Below, piece after piece: positions 27,398 to 39,437 of a DNA stretch of 64,000 nt. The stretch is taken from contig JALDTO010000266.1 in the NCBI GenBank assembly GCA_023515725.1, positions 1,819,608 through 1,883,607 on the forward strand, written 5' to 3'. How positions within the stretch are numbered: the first letter of the stretch is position 1; every line of letters begins with the position of its first letter. The position numbers and the translations under genes were made by a program. The stretch is from Amoeboaphelidium protococcarum X5. Its lineage: Eukaryota > Fungi > Aphelidiomycota. The notes under the pieces were generated by a model. It saw only the letters and a program-made list of their open reading frames with translations, did not search any database and was not told the origin of the DNA.

Positions 27398-27823
27398 ATG
27401 AAATTGTCTGCTTATTTAATTGCATCCGTTTGTGTTCTATCAACTTCTGTTATGTCCGCTCCTACTCTGGGTCATTTGTGGCATAAGGGCCATCTGTGGC
27501 ATGGAGGCCATGGATCTCTGAGTATTGACATTAATGGTCAAGGCGGCGGAGGCGGAGGCGGAGGATCTGGCGGTGGAAATGCTAATGCCTAAGCCGATGC
27601 TTCTGCATATTAATCTGGCAGCGCGTCAGCCAATGCACAAGCCTCTGCTGGGCCTGCTCCTGCTGCTGAAGCAAGTAGCGGAGGAGGTGGAGGTGGATCC
27701 CTCTCTATTAGTGGTGGCGGCGGTGGTGGTGGTGGTCTAGGTGGAGGAGGTGGCGGCGGATCACTCTCTATTAGTGGCGGTGGCGGTGGAGGAATAAGAG
27801 CTAGCCCATATGGCCCACACTGA
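27398..27823 (+). CDS. Secreted Gly-rich protein, family B copy 1, 141 aa
   Basis: Signal peptide, then APTLGHLWHKGHLWH, poly-Gly and SLSIS repeats, TGA stop. Confidence 0.82.
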
Positions 27824-28094
27824 TTGTCCTCTTGAAGCGATGACATTAATGAATGACTATGATTTATATAATATTCTAATTTTAATCTTGTGATATCTAG
27901 TATGCAATCTTCTCCATCTTTTTCATAAGTTTAGCTAATTTTTAACTGATCAACGAAGGCTCAGGGAAGTTAAACACTCTGTAAGCAGCTGGCTTTTTAC
28001 TGGGAAACAACTTATTATAGAGCAAATATACTATTACTCTCACACTAGATGGTGATAATTTTTAATGTAATTCCCAGAAATGCAAATAATTATT

Positions 28095-29503
28095 TTTCAC
28101 CACAGTCTGAGTGCTAATGTGACTCTTACTAATAATTCGTTGATGGAGCTTATACAGAGTGTTATTTCTAATTGCCGTTATGTCGCTGAGTAGCAGCTGT
28201 TAAGAATAATATAAGAGAGTGAAGTGAATATGAGATATAACAAGTATATTTACAGTTGTTTCAACTCTTGTGTGATAAAGAGAGGAGTGAGTGACTGAAA
28301 CGCGTCAGCACGGTTTCAGCTCAACAGCAGCTTATCAAGAACGGATTAAGTAATCTGTCTGCGTAAAGCTTACGCCTGGAGTTAAATGAATGATATCCGA
28401 ATGGTGAAATAATGAAGCAGTAGGGAGAAACGTTGGCTGGCATTCTTGGCTTGAAGATTTAATGGTCGTCTTCGATTGCTCAAAAACTCTGATCCAGTAT
28501 TTACTTACAGAAAGATTGTCGGCTGCACTTTCATTACCAATGGTTTAGTGTTGAGGGTTCATTGCATTAATACTAAGTATTCCAAGCCAGTCGAACGTGT
28601 TAAATGTAGTCCTCGCTCTGTCCTCCAAGGCGCTGAAGCCACTAGAGTGAAGATTCAAAAGAATTTCTCGAATAAGATTCGCGCGCCAGAAATTGAGCTA
28701 TCTGCCTACTGGATATGCTGTATTGATATCGGGGAGAGGTATACAGTGGGTGCGGTGGCCGTGAAAGGAGCGGGCGAACGTTGTCAATTGACGGCGATCA
28801 CTTGCGATTAATTCTGCAGCGTTGAACGAGGCCGATTGAAATTTTTGATCAGTGGTTTGGCGAGAGGCCTCCTGCGGTTTAGATTGCCGAACGCTCTCTA
28901 GAACGTCTATAGGACGCGTCATTATTGAATTATTGTGTTTGTTATATAGCAACATATCTTGAACTAAGAAAGTTTTACTGCAGCAGTTGATGGAAGAGAG
29001 CTTATTGGGATATAAAAAGGCGTAAAGAGTAGAATATGATCGGGCCACAAATGCTATTTTAAAAATTGTGGATGGTAACATTAACAAGAAGTGTCACGGC
29101 AAAGTTAAATTTGGTCTTGGTGATGCGTAGTTTGAGAGTATGTAAACGACTCACAAATCTTTTGAAAAGTACTTCGTGGCAAAGGTCTACAGTCTAGGAT
29201 ATTCTGTCCTCTATCTCAATGAATACTTAACCTCCTGAAAGTCTCCAATCTGCGGCCAAATGTGCGAAAGCTGTAGTTAGCGTGTAAAGTATTGTAGATA
29301 GTCATAAGTTTTTTTCACTGTGATATCATGGCCGCGGAGAATTTGGTGAATTTCGCAAAAGCTATAGTAGCAGGGCTTGAAAGACCCCCCTTATCTGTGT
29401 AGCAATGCTATCGGCAATATCAAGAGTGAAGAAGGAATTACGCAGCTTGGCAAGCGCGCAATTCAGTTACAGAGGATATCGTGAGGATTGAGTTCTTGTA
29501 TAA
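28095..29503 (+). pseudogene. 5'-truncated second copy of the XPG-Fanzor element (RuvC half only)
   Basis: Clear nucleotide similarity to 12612-13865(-); WICCIDIGERYTVGAVA, YLNEYLTS, DIMAAENL; in-frame TGAs and indels. Confidence 0.88.
28198..28326. mobile_element. Putative 129-bp solo LTR inserted in the Fanzor fragment
   Basis: TGTT...AACA termini; 5-bp TSD GCAGC (28193-28197 and 28327-28331); absent from the homologous site in copy 1. Confidence 0.75.
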
Positions 29504-30089
29504 CAAAAGTGACGTTTCTCCATTTTATCGTGCTCGATTAACACTTAATCTGAGGACGATTTTCGTGATCCTCCTCTTTGACAATTCTATGACAAAGACA
29601 ACTGGTTGTGGATGTATGCTTAACACTGTAATATTAGAAAAAAAGGCTTAAATTCAAGATATTTGAATGTGAAAGCGTTGTAAAATCGTTAAGTGAGTCG
29701 TGCTTGATTAGGCTGTTTTATCATTGAACGCATCGCATGCACTCTTATGAAGCCCTTTAAAATAATTGTCGCCGTCTTAGAGCCATGTTCTTTGGATTCA
29801 TCCTAAATATATTCCCCCGTTTCAGTATGTCTGTACTACCTTATTATAGAATGTAACGCATTTTCTGCGGCTCTTAGGCATTGCTACATGCCAAGGTTCG
29901 CCTGTTACACGTGCCTCTACCCAACGCGTACTGTGGACTGATTATCTATGCGTGATGTAGCATGTAACTTTGTCGAATTGGTTTAAAAGGCGCTCTATGG
30001 TATGGATTTTTTATCTTCTTACAGATCAATTTAATTAATATCTAATCTAATTGTACTATTGTTAATTCACACCTATTCCTAATCTCGAA

Positions 30090-30509
30090 ATGAAATTGTC
30101 TGTATATTTAATTGCATCTGTTTGTGTCCTATCAACTTCTGTCATGTCCGCTCCTACTCTGGGCCATTTGTGGCATAAGGGCCATCTGTGGCATAAAAGC
30201 TATCTGAACATTGACATTAATGGCAAAGGCGGCGGAGGTGGAGGTGGTGGATCTGGCGGTGCCTAAGCCGATGCATCAGCTCAAGCATCTGGTAGCGCGT
30301 CAGCTAATGCACAAGCCTCTGCTGGGCCTGCTCCTGCTCCTGCTGCTGAAGCAAGTAGCGGAGGAGGTGGAGGTGGAGGTGGATCTCTCTCTATTAGTGG
30401 TGGCGGCGGTGGTGGTGGTGGTCTAGGTGGAGGAGGTGGCGGCGGATCACTCTCTATTAGTGGCGGTGGCGGTGGAGGAATAAGAGCTAGCCCATATGGC
30501 CCACACTGA
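30090..30509 (+). CDS. Secreted Gly-rich protein, family B copy 2, 139 aa
   Basis: Close paralog of 27398-27823. Confidence 0.82.
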
Positions 30510-30826
30510 TTGTCCTCTTGAAGCGATGACATTAATGAATGACGATAACCTCGGTGATTTAATCAATACTTTAATGCTTATCTCGTGATATGTAGTTTCT
30601 ACTCTTCATCATCTTTCTCATAAGTTCATCTAATCATCAAGTGATCAACCCAGGCTTCAGGGAAAGTAAAAGTACTTTATAAGCACCAGTCTTTTTACTG
30701 AGAAACAACTTATCAAAGAGCAGATATAGTATCACTCTTCATACTTGATGGTGACCGGTTTTAACGATAGTTCCGAGAAAATAAATAACTATCCCACATT
30801 AACAGCGAACGCACGCGTCTATGTTG

Positions 30827-31315
30827 TCAACTTTGGCATTCATATGTATATAATTTTTTGTACTTAGTTGGCTATTTAATTGAGTATATTGTGGTATTAA
30901 TATTTGATTACAACCATTCGAATTGAGTTAGTATTGCAGAGTTGCATCTGGTGTATTTAGTCTTCTCCATTACTACTGAAAGCAAAATAGGTGATAGCAT
31001 AGATAACTCAAGGGCTTTGGTCTGGATGGTAAAGGCTGTGATCAATAAGAAGATTCCCGTGTCAGAGGCTACGCAGTTTCCATAAGGACAAAAATTAAAA
31101 CGCGGAGAGTCTTGCCATGAGCGGTCCAATAGCTCCTTACCAAGAACCGGCTAGGGTAGCTACCTCTGATTCTCCCGGTGTTCATCTGCTGTATCAATCA
31201 ATGCAGCGCCTTGCCCACTTCGGAGTCTGGTGTCGTCACCTCTGCTCTTGGTTAACCGCCTGTTTTAGTTACGGCGATCGCGTCGCCGGGAGTTTTCTCC
31301 AATGTATCCTCTCAT
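30827..31315 (-). CDS. Hypothetical 162-aa ORF
   Basis: ATG to TGA under TAR=Gln, Arg-rich N-terminus; no motif recognised and could be a chance ORF. Confidence 0.25.
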
Positions 31316-31791
31316 TAATAAGACTCTATTGATTGTGAGCAAAAGGTGATTGTCTAAGTTTGAAAATGGGGTTGTATCTACTAAATAACTAAGCGCCCTT
31401 CTCCACTTTTGATAGGATATCTACAGTATCTACTTACAACGCCATAGTTTTAACATCATTAGATGCATTGTCGAATTCCCTTTAGCCCCCACTTTTTACT
31501 CATTTAATGCGCCTACGTCATTTGCATCTACATCTTTAACTAGAGTTTCAGCGTCATCGATCAATGATTTCGTAATACGTGATCAATATCACTGGGTGTA
31601 GTATCGCGTACGTTTACTCGTTTGAAATTAACACAAATAGTCACTGGTCAGACACAAATCAGTCAGATGTAACATGCTTCAATACAAGTATAAATAGCAG
31701 ATTTTGAATGGTCCTCTTTTTTTTTATATATAATCAATTTATTATTAAGTTAATCTAATAACTAATATCCTATTTGTAAGTGAACTGAAAA

Positions 31792-32013
31792 ATGAAATTA
31801 ATATTGATAATCTTGATTGTAGCTGTGTTGATTCAAGCAGCGCTGGCGGCTCCGACCAAATCAAAGCACTTGAAAAAGGGACACGGAGGTGGTGGCCATG
31901 GCGATGGATCTGGCGGCGGTGACTGCGGTGATGGCGGCGGCGGTGGCCAGGGCGAAGGTCACGGCAAGTGGAAAGGCAAGCACAAGGGCAAAGGCTACAG
32001 TCACGGCAAATGA
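31792..32013 (+). CDS. Small secreted Gly/His/Lys-rich peptide, 73 aa
   Basis: Strong signal peptide MKLILIILIVAVLIQAALA-APT; TGA stop; shared promoter motif. Confidence 0.8.
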   Translation: MKLILIILIVAVLIQAALAAPTKSKHLKKGHGGGGHGDGSGGGDCGDGGGGGQGEGHGKWKGKHKGKGYSHGK

Positions 32014-32904
32014 AATGCCGATTTTGCCATCATGAAACCAGGCTAATAGTGACATTGGTGTAATATCTTGTTTGAATATACTAAAATTCCTTTTAATATT
32101 AAAGTAGTCTTATTTTCGTACTTATTAGAAATTTAACTAAGACTTACGTGTGGGCTGTGCGGAAGTCCTTGCAATCTTGATCCACAATCACGTATCATCC
32201 ATTTTCAAGATTAATGTATCTAGAGCATCAACGCCGAAGCTGATGCTTAAATTGAATTGGTCATTCGGAGTCTGTAGCACAATCATAGATCAGGTTGCTT
32301 AAACTATACACGCCGACTAGACAAGCTACAGTATACTTGTAATGTGATATCGTCTACTGCTGTAGCTGGACAGGGAAACCTTAAAATCAAAATCCTGAGA
32401 AGTTTCTCTACCATTGAAAAAATACGGAGATTCTGCTTTCAAGTATTTGATAACTGCTTCAAGTAAACTCTGGATTGCAAGTAATTTAAGATAACACTGC
32501 CAATTTCGTGTCTCATTGCTTTTGCTAAAGGTAAAGTGTAACATACCGAGCTTATACAGTATGTTACGTATAGATGGTGTACAGTATTTAACTGTGAAAT
32601 TAAACGCTGATGATGTGCTCTGACACCGACTCTCTTAATGCCAAGACTTTTGATATTAATTGGCTTATAGTTACAGTTTGTAATGTAACCTATGAACATC
32701 GGACCGTCTAATCAAAGCAATGCTGTAACTGATGCTGACCCGGTCACAAACTTTGATTGGCATTGTCTGGGATGATGTAACGCGGTTAGTATTCACTTTA
32801 AAAGCGGTTATAGCCTGCTATCCCTCTATTCTTCTACTACAATCAACTAATAATTAATACTCTAAAGTCTAAATAATCTATCTTTAACTAATACCTATTA
32901 CAAC

Positions 32905-33252
32905 ATGAGAACTACTATCTATATCTTTGCTGCTCTTTCCCTGATCTCTAGCTCCTTGGCTGTTCCAACTTTTGGTCATCATGGCAAATTTGATATTGCG
33001 GGAAAATTGTCCTTGAAATTGTGTAAGCTCGGACTTGGTCATTGTCCAGATGAAGGAGGCTGCTCTACTGGTTCATGCGGTGCTAGTGCTAGTGCTAACG
33101 CGAACGCGAACGCGAACGCGAACGCGAATGCGAATGCGAATGCTGGTGGCAGTCCTTATGGAATGCCTGGTGCAAACGTGAATGCAGGTGCTGGTGGCTG
33201 TGGCAGTAGTGCATGTCCGCCATCTCCTCCATCTCCATACCAGTCAATGTGA
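32905..33252 (+). CDS. Secreted Cys/Gly protein with (AN)n repeat, family D copy 1, 115 aa
   Basis: Signal peptide, VPTFGHH, CKLGLG.CPD.GGCSTGSCG, C-terminal CPPSP. Confidence 0.82.
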   Translation: MRTTIYIFAALSLISSSLAVPTFGHHGKFDIAGKLSLKLCKLGLGHCPDEGGCSTGSCGASASANANANANANANANANAGGSPYGMPGANVNAGAGGCGSSACPPSPPSPYQSM

Positions 33253-33392
33253 GCGTGTTGATTGATATCGTACCAAAAATATAACTAATATTATTTCAAC
33301 TAATCTATTCACTTGCCTTGTTTGAGTTTCATAGTGCATCAAAAGCTCTAACACTTGAATATGAGATTTTATAATTCTAAATAGTCAACATA

Positions 33393-33971
33393 TCACGCCA
33401 GCTACTCATCTTTAACTCGTTTGTGTTTATGCTTGTGCTTGACCTTCTTGGGTTTGACAGTGGTTTCAGTCTTGATGGCGCCAACGATTGACATGTTACC
33501 AGATGATGCTTTTACATTAGTAATACTGAAGCTTAGAAGACTGCCATCTTATATTCGAATTTCATTATCTTCAGTAGACACCCAGCATGACGCGTCAGCA
33601 TCCCATCGATATCGATCAATCTACATTGCCGGTATCACAGCATTTACCATGCCCATAACTGTGAGCGCGATGTAATCTTAAGACTACTTCTTCACCTTAG
33701 CCTGTACCATATCACCAGACTGTGGAGAGAATGAGAGCACTCGGCAGTAGAACGATAATTACATAAATGGACAGTCTTTCAAAATACGAGCCTTGTTGGA
33801 TGCTAATTTGATATCACTGTAAGCCAAGATGATACCATTAACGCGCTCGTCATACTTTAGAATCATCGTGTTCAATTTCTTTTAAATACTTCCTAATATA
33901 TCCCTACTACAGCTTGGAGCCAAATGCATATCAAAATACACAACGCTCTCGATGAGCCCGTTATTGACCAT
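33393..33971 (-). CDS. RPA43: RNA polymerase I subunit A43, 192 aa
   Basis: HLAPS...LNTMILKYDERVNGIILAYSDIK...ARILKDCPFM...FSPQSGD.VQAKVKKQSQDYIAL; basic C-terminal tail. Confidence 0.8.
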
Positions 33972-34936
33972 ATTGGGCAATTTTTCAGATTTTCCTTTTT
34001 TTGTTTGAAGTGATAAAGGCGAGTCCTAATCAAAGAGAAATCTGCGGTGATCATTCAGCGCTGCTTATCTTAATAATGTAGTCGCGATGCCGTGAAGGAA
34101 GTACTTCAATATTTGGATGACTGTATGTTTATTTGGGAGAAATTAAAATATTCTGATTCCTGGCGCTTCTGTAACCCGTAAATGAGGATTTCAGCTACAG
34201 CGATGTTGGCGCCCGTTATAATCGAATTATTCTAAAGCCTGTCAAAGATGGATTTATATTTGCTCACTTTGGCACTGGACGCTGTATTGCATTGACCTCT
34301 ATGAACGGCCAGTTTGTTTTATTGTCAGTCTTAATAATTTTTCCCTAATTAACTATAACTGCAATAGAAAAATTTTAATGTCAATCAAGTTCTGCAGGGC
34401 AACTTTACAACTCCTTTCCACGCTGGCATAACTGCTATAATATGAATTTGAGCACCGGTTGTTAAATTGTACGCTGGTAATGCCTGGTCAACATCTGCCT
34501 TTACTCAATAAAAAATGATACCTAAGTGAATATCAAGACTTGATGTTACGCGCTGACGACGTAGTTGGCTAAATCATTCAACGCTAATGTAGCATAGCCG
34601 TTATCAATACAACTTATGCAGATGTATCTAAACTATTATGAGTTTAATGCCTCCATCCAGCCAACGCGTAAAGTGTTCGTTAAGTTACTATTTTGGCCTA
34701 CTCCCTTGTACTTCTGGTGTCGCCTTGTGGCCAGCAAACTATCCAGTCAATGTCTTGCCGTGTAAATGCTGACCCCGGTCACAAACTACGATTGGTATAT
34801 TAATCATGATGTAACGCTGACTTAACACCTTTAAAAGCTGATATAGCCTTCTGATTACTTCTTCCTTCTATCAATTATTCAATAGTAATTACTAGTAATA
34901 ATTAATCATCTGCATTCTAATCATAATTTGTTCAAA

Positions 34937-35446
34937 ATGAGATCCACTATCTATATTGTCGCTGCTCTGTCTCTGATTTCAAGCGCTCTCGCAGTTCCTA
35001 CTTTTGGTCATCATGACAAAGGCCACCTTAAGGACCATAAGGCTAAGAAGATGTGCAAGCTTGGACTTGGTCCATGCCCAGATGACGGTGGCTGCTCTAC
35101 TGGTTCATGTGGTCCAGCGCCAGCTCCTGGTCCTATGCCTGGTCCTATGCCTGGTCCTATGCCTGGTCCTATGCCTAATCCTGCTCCTGGTCCTATGCCT
35201 GGCCCAATGCCTGATCCTATGCCTGGTCCTATGCCTGGTCCAGTGCCTAATCCTGCTCCTGGTCCGGCTCCTGTGCCTATGCCGGCTCCTGGTCCAATGC
35301 CTAAACCGGCTCCAGGCCCAGACTGTGATGATAAAAAAGGTGGCAAGGGGCCTGATTAGCCACCAAAGGCAATGCCCCAACCAGTCCCACGACCTGGTGG
35401 ATGTGGTGATGGTCCATGTCCGCCATCCCCTTACAAGTCAGCGTGA
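34937..35446 (+). CDS. Secreted Cys protein with (GPMP)n repeat, family D copy 2, 169 aa
   Basis: Same signal peptide, Cys head and CPPSPY tail as 32905-33252, with a different central repeat. Confidence 0.82.
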
Positions 35447-35629
35447 GTGTGTTTTTGATATGCAACTTGAATAATATTTGTCATGATATTTAATCAATTA
35501 CAATACCTGTACTCTTCTCATTATTTCAATCACACAAAGCAACGAAAGCACTAATATCATTCAATGCGCAAAAATCATCTCAAAGATCAGCTACTACTGT
35601 ACAGTCACAGATGGACTAATCTTATACAG

Positions 35630-36045
35630 TAGCTTCTGTTTGACTGTCTCTTAAGCTTCGCAGCATATTCCGGCCTACATGTGATTGGACACGTTGCCGC
35701 GTGATGATCTTACATTGGTCTTAGGAAGCTTATCAGAGTTACCTCCTAAACTCGCAGGTGACACTCCATCAGTAGATCCTCAACATTTCGCGTCGACATT
35801 CCATGAATATTGATCAATAGATTGTTCAGATGCCATCACTTTGATCATACTCATGAACGTGAGCGAGATGTTGTCGTAAGACTAATTCTTCACCTATGCC
35901 TGCACTAACTTGAGGTCGAATGCGACGACTCGACAATAAAACGGCAAAAGCATGAATGGACAGTGTTTTAAATACGCACCTTGTTGGATGCTAATGTGAT
36001 ATCGTTATAAGCCAAACTGATGCAGTTAACACGCTCTTCATACTG
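35630..36045 (-). pseudogene. RPA43 pseudogene co-duplicated with a family D gene
   Basis: YEERVNCISLAYNDITLASNK, CPFM..FYCRV, VQAQVKNQS; frameshift, TGG>TGA and lost 5' end. Confidence 0.75.
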
Positions 36046-36558
36046 GTGAAAGCATATTGATCGCAGGTTTTCAAAACTTTACCGCGTAACATTATGGCTG
36101 CCACGATGCTCCACGTGCAGGACTTCATAAAATACATCAATTTGAATATTTTATAGTGAAATTTAGTTTCTTGAAAGAAAGACAAATGTGCAGATCTCGG
36201 ATATATTGTTCAACTCTCATGATGTTCTACATTTACCGTAGCTATGCTCTTAGTCGCTGTGATTCAAGAAGTGTGGTCGTCATTATCAGATGGTGCATAC
36301 GTTTCTTAATGTCTTTCTATACTTTTTAATACAGTATATGTAGCGTATCAATTGCTTTCCAGTGGCTGATGCATGAAGTGCTAATGACTAATGGAATTCC
36401 ATGGCCATTTAGTGTCAGGCAACGGTGAGCTAAAAATATCTCGAGATATCAACCGTTTCCGCCTTAGTTAAATGACCACCTTTCATCTTGCATTTTAGTC
36501 CTCATTAATACTATTCATATCGAGCTATATTTGATATTAAAGTTGAGCCTGAACAATT

Positions 36559-37845
36559 ATGCATTCCTCATCCCTGTTAGCTATTGTTACTGTGATTAGC
36601 GGCTAAGCGATCGCTGCAAACGTTGTGATCTCCAACACTGCAGTTGGTAAGTTTGCCACTATTCAAAATTTCTTTGGTCCTGGTAGTTGTGCTGGTCAAC
36701 CGGACTCTATTATCGCTTATGCCAATTATGACTATGCGTGTCCGGCTGATGTGTGTAATGCCATGACAGCCACCCTTGGTAATAGTGCTTCTGTCAATTT
36801 CACGTAAGTATCAAAATGTGCATCAAATGGCAAGACGTTTGACACTTCTGGCTACACCGAGTAGTATGCTGTTACATCCACTTTTGCTAGTACAGATTGC
36901 AGTGGTGATGTTTATTAGCTGAGCGCGTCAAAGGCTAATACTTGCATTCCTGTGACTGGTCAACCGCTGCCTTACGTCTATCACTCCTGTAACTCGACTG
37001 CGTATGATTTTAAGACATGCCATGACAGTGCTTGTACCAACTGCACTGCAGCTTAAACCTTTACGCACAAGTGTCAGCAATTGGCTACTAGCTCATTTGC
37101 CACTGTATGTCTTGGTCCTAATAATGGATTCAGTGCCTCCGTTCCATTGGTCCCTGCACCAGTATTCAATCCGATTACTGATACTGCTAATAAGACCAAT
37201 ATCAAGAGCGCTTCACCTGACATTTCATACTTCTTCACTGTGCCGTAGACATTGAGCAGGAACTTTGTCGCTCAGAATGGATTTTTGACCAGCAACTGCT
37301 CAGACACGCAGCCCGATTTTGTGCTGTCTACCCCTACCAACGGCACCTGTGGCGCTGTGAACGCTTAATGCTCATCTCTGAATGTAACGAGTAACTCCAC
37401 CACTCTGACGTATAGAAGCGCATCCTCCCAATGCTCTGCTAAGAAGGTTTTTAACGTTACCGGGTGGTCTGACCGTGTCGCCGCCACTTTTATTTATGAA
37501 AAGTCCACCAAGTGCCAGGGTGATCCAGACTATGTCACTGTTGTGAAAGCCGGTGTCTGTCTGCCTGCTCCGTCTGGTATTTATAGTTATCAGAAGTATG
37601 ACTGTAAATACTCTCAACTGGTATTAGCGCAATGCTTTGATAACATGTGCCGCAATTGCTCTGCCACTAGTTACTCCAACGGAAGATGTCTGGCAGCAGG
37701 TGCTACTGGATCTATTGGAGCTGTATGCTTAGATCAGAGCTCACAGTACAGATCTCCATACTATGGCACCTCTGATGGCGTGCGTGTAAAGCTGGTCTCT
37801 GCATACACGCTTGTGGCCATGCTCTTGTTCGTATTGATCAACTGA
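36559..37845 (+). CDS. Cys-rich secreted surface protein, probably GPI-anchored, 428 aa (family E copy 1)
   Basis: Signal peptide, two internally similar Cys-rich halves (C.G.P..., C.D..C.NC), hydrophobic C-terminus YTLVAMLLFVLIN. Confidence 0.8.
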
Positions 37846-38156
37846 GACTGTCTACATTTGATGAAGAAGTTTATGAATGAATGATTGAATGAATAGTATA
37901 CAGAAATTTTCTTACTGTTGCATTACTCGGAGACAGTTATTGTTTTACTCATCCCATTAAGGCACTCTCAGATCTCACCAAGCAGTTGAAAATAGAATAT
38001 TCGAATTTTTTTTATCCATGATGGTTACAGATTTCTGGTAGTATGATAAGAATAGAGTTTTATACAAGTGCTTCAACCTCTTAGGGCCCTCTTACCTTCT
38101 GTAGAAGGCACTACACCTTCAGGATTAACTAAATAACTTTAAAGCAATTTTGTAAA

Positions 38157-39437
38157 ATGTTCATCTGTGACACGGTTGTGATAGCTATAATGTTTGGTGT
38201 CTAAGTTTCATCTGCTAACGTGAAATTGTCTGTCTCAGCATTAGGCAAGTTTTCTTGTATACTAACGTATTATGACTCAAACAAATGCTCTGGTTAGCCG
38301 TCGTAAATTCTTGGATATTCCATCAATATGAACCACAGCTGCCCGAGCAACACCTGCTTGCCTGGCGCTTCTAACCTGACTTACAAAGTACCTGTTGATT
38401 ACACTTTGGTGACCAGATGTGCACCTGCTGGTAAAGTCTTTGACACTGATAACTTTACTCAACCAATGGCCATGACAAACACCTATGACAGTCCGGATTG
38501 CTCAGGCGATCCTTATCTTGTGGTCGCTTAGAAGGCCAACACTTGTGTCCCTATGCTTGGAAACGACATTCCGTATTCTTTATACTCGTGCGGTGATGAT
38601 TCGTATCAGTACAAGGCGTGCTATGATAGTGCATGTTCCAATTGTACTGCGCCGACAAACGTGGTGTAACAATGTATTTCACTAGGTTGTAGCTCTTTGG
38701 GCACCGTGTTTTTGAAGCCGGACAGCAACTTCACCGCTTCTGTCCCGTATCTACCTTTTCCGCTGCTAGATCTAGATAAGTATATAGCACCTAGTATCGC
38801 TTATATTCTTGCGGTACCCAACACTGTCTCCGGTACATACAAGTAGAGTAATGAGTATTTGAGTGGCAACTGCTCAAGTGCGTAGCCTGATATAGTCGTG
38901 ACTTAAAAGGTAAATAATGCCTCTGCTTGCGTAATCAACGGTGACTAGCAGTGTAAATAGTTGAACAAAACCAGCCTCAACACTCTGATTGGTTATAGCA
39001 GTAAGTCCGAGTAGTGTGTGAGCAAACAGGTGATGAATGTTACTGGCTGGACTGAGCGCGTCGTTGCTACTTACAAGTTCGACACGTCTTACAAATGCGA
39101 AGGTGATCCTGATCAAGGAACAATTGTCAAGGCTGGGCTCTGCTTACCGATAGCATCTGGCCTATACACCCATTAGAAATACGAGTGTGGCCAAGCCAAT
39201 GTTCTCACCTTGTCCAAGTGTTTTGATAGTAAGTGTAATAATTGCAGCGTGTCGCCTATGGGCAATTCAAATTGTGAGCCTAAAGGTTAAGTTGGATCAG
39301 TGGGAACTGTGTGTCTAGACAGTTCTTCGCAGTACAAAGCTCCATTCCGTCTAACATCTGGCGCTACAATGGTTCAAGCCACTTTGATATTCACGTATTC
39401 TGTTGTGGCTTTGACCATAATGATGGTTTTGATCTGA
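38157..39437 (+). CDS. Cys-rich secreted surface protein, probably GPI-anchored, 426 aa (family E copy 2)
   Basis: Tandem paralog with conserved Cys spacing (KAG.CLP..SG.Y..QKY.C, VCLD.SSQY) and hydrophobic tail. Confidence 0.8.

Larger units (their letters stand above)
26883..30760. repeat. Segmental direct duplication (about 26883-28060 vs 29514-30760) carrying the family B genes
   Basis: Colinear similarity of upstream region, CDS and 3' flank; the copies are separated by the Fanzor fragment. Confidence 0.85.

Noticed and set aside
32150-32345. STIIDQVA resemblance to the middle region of the XPG-Fanzor
   Set aside because: Too short and weak to support homology
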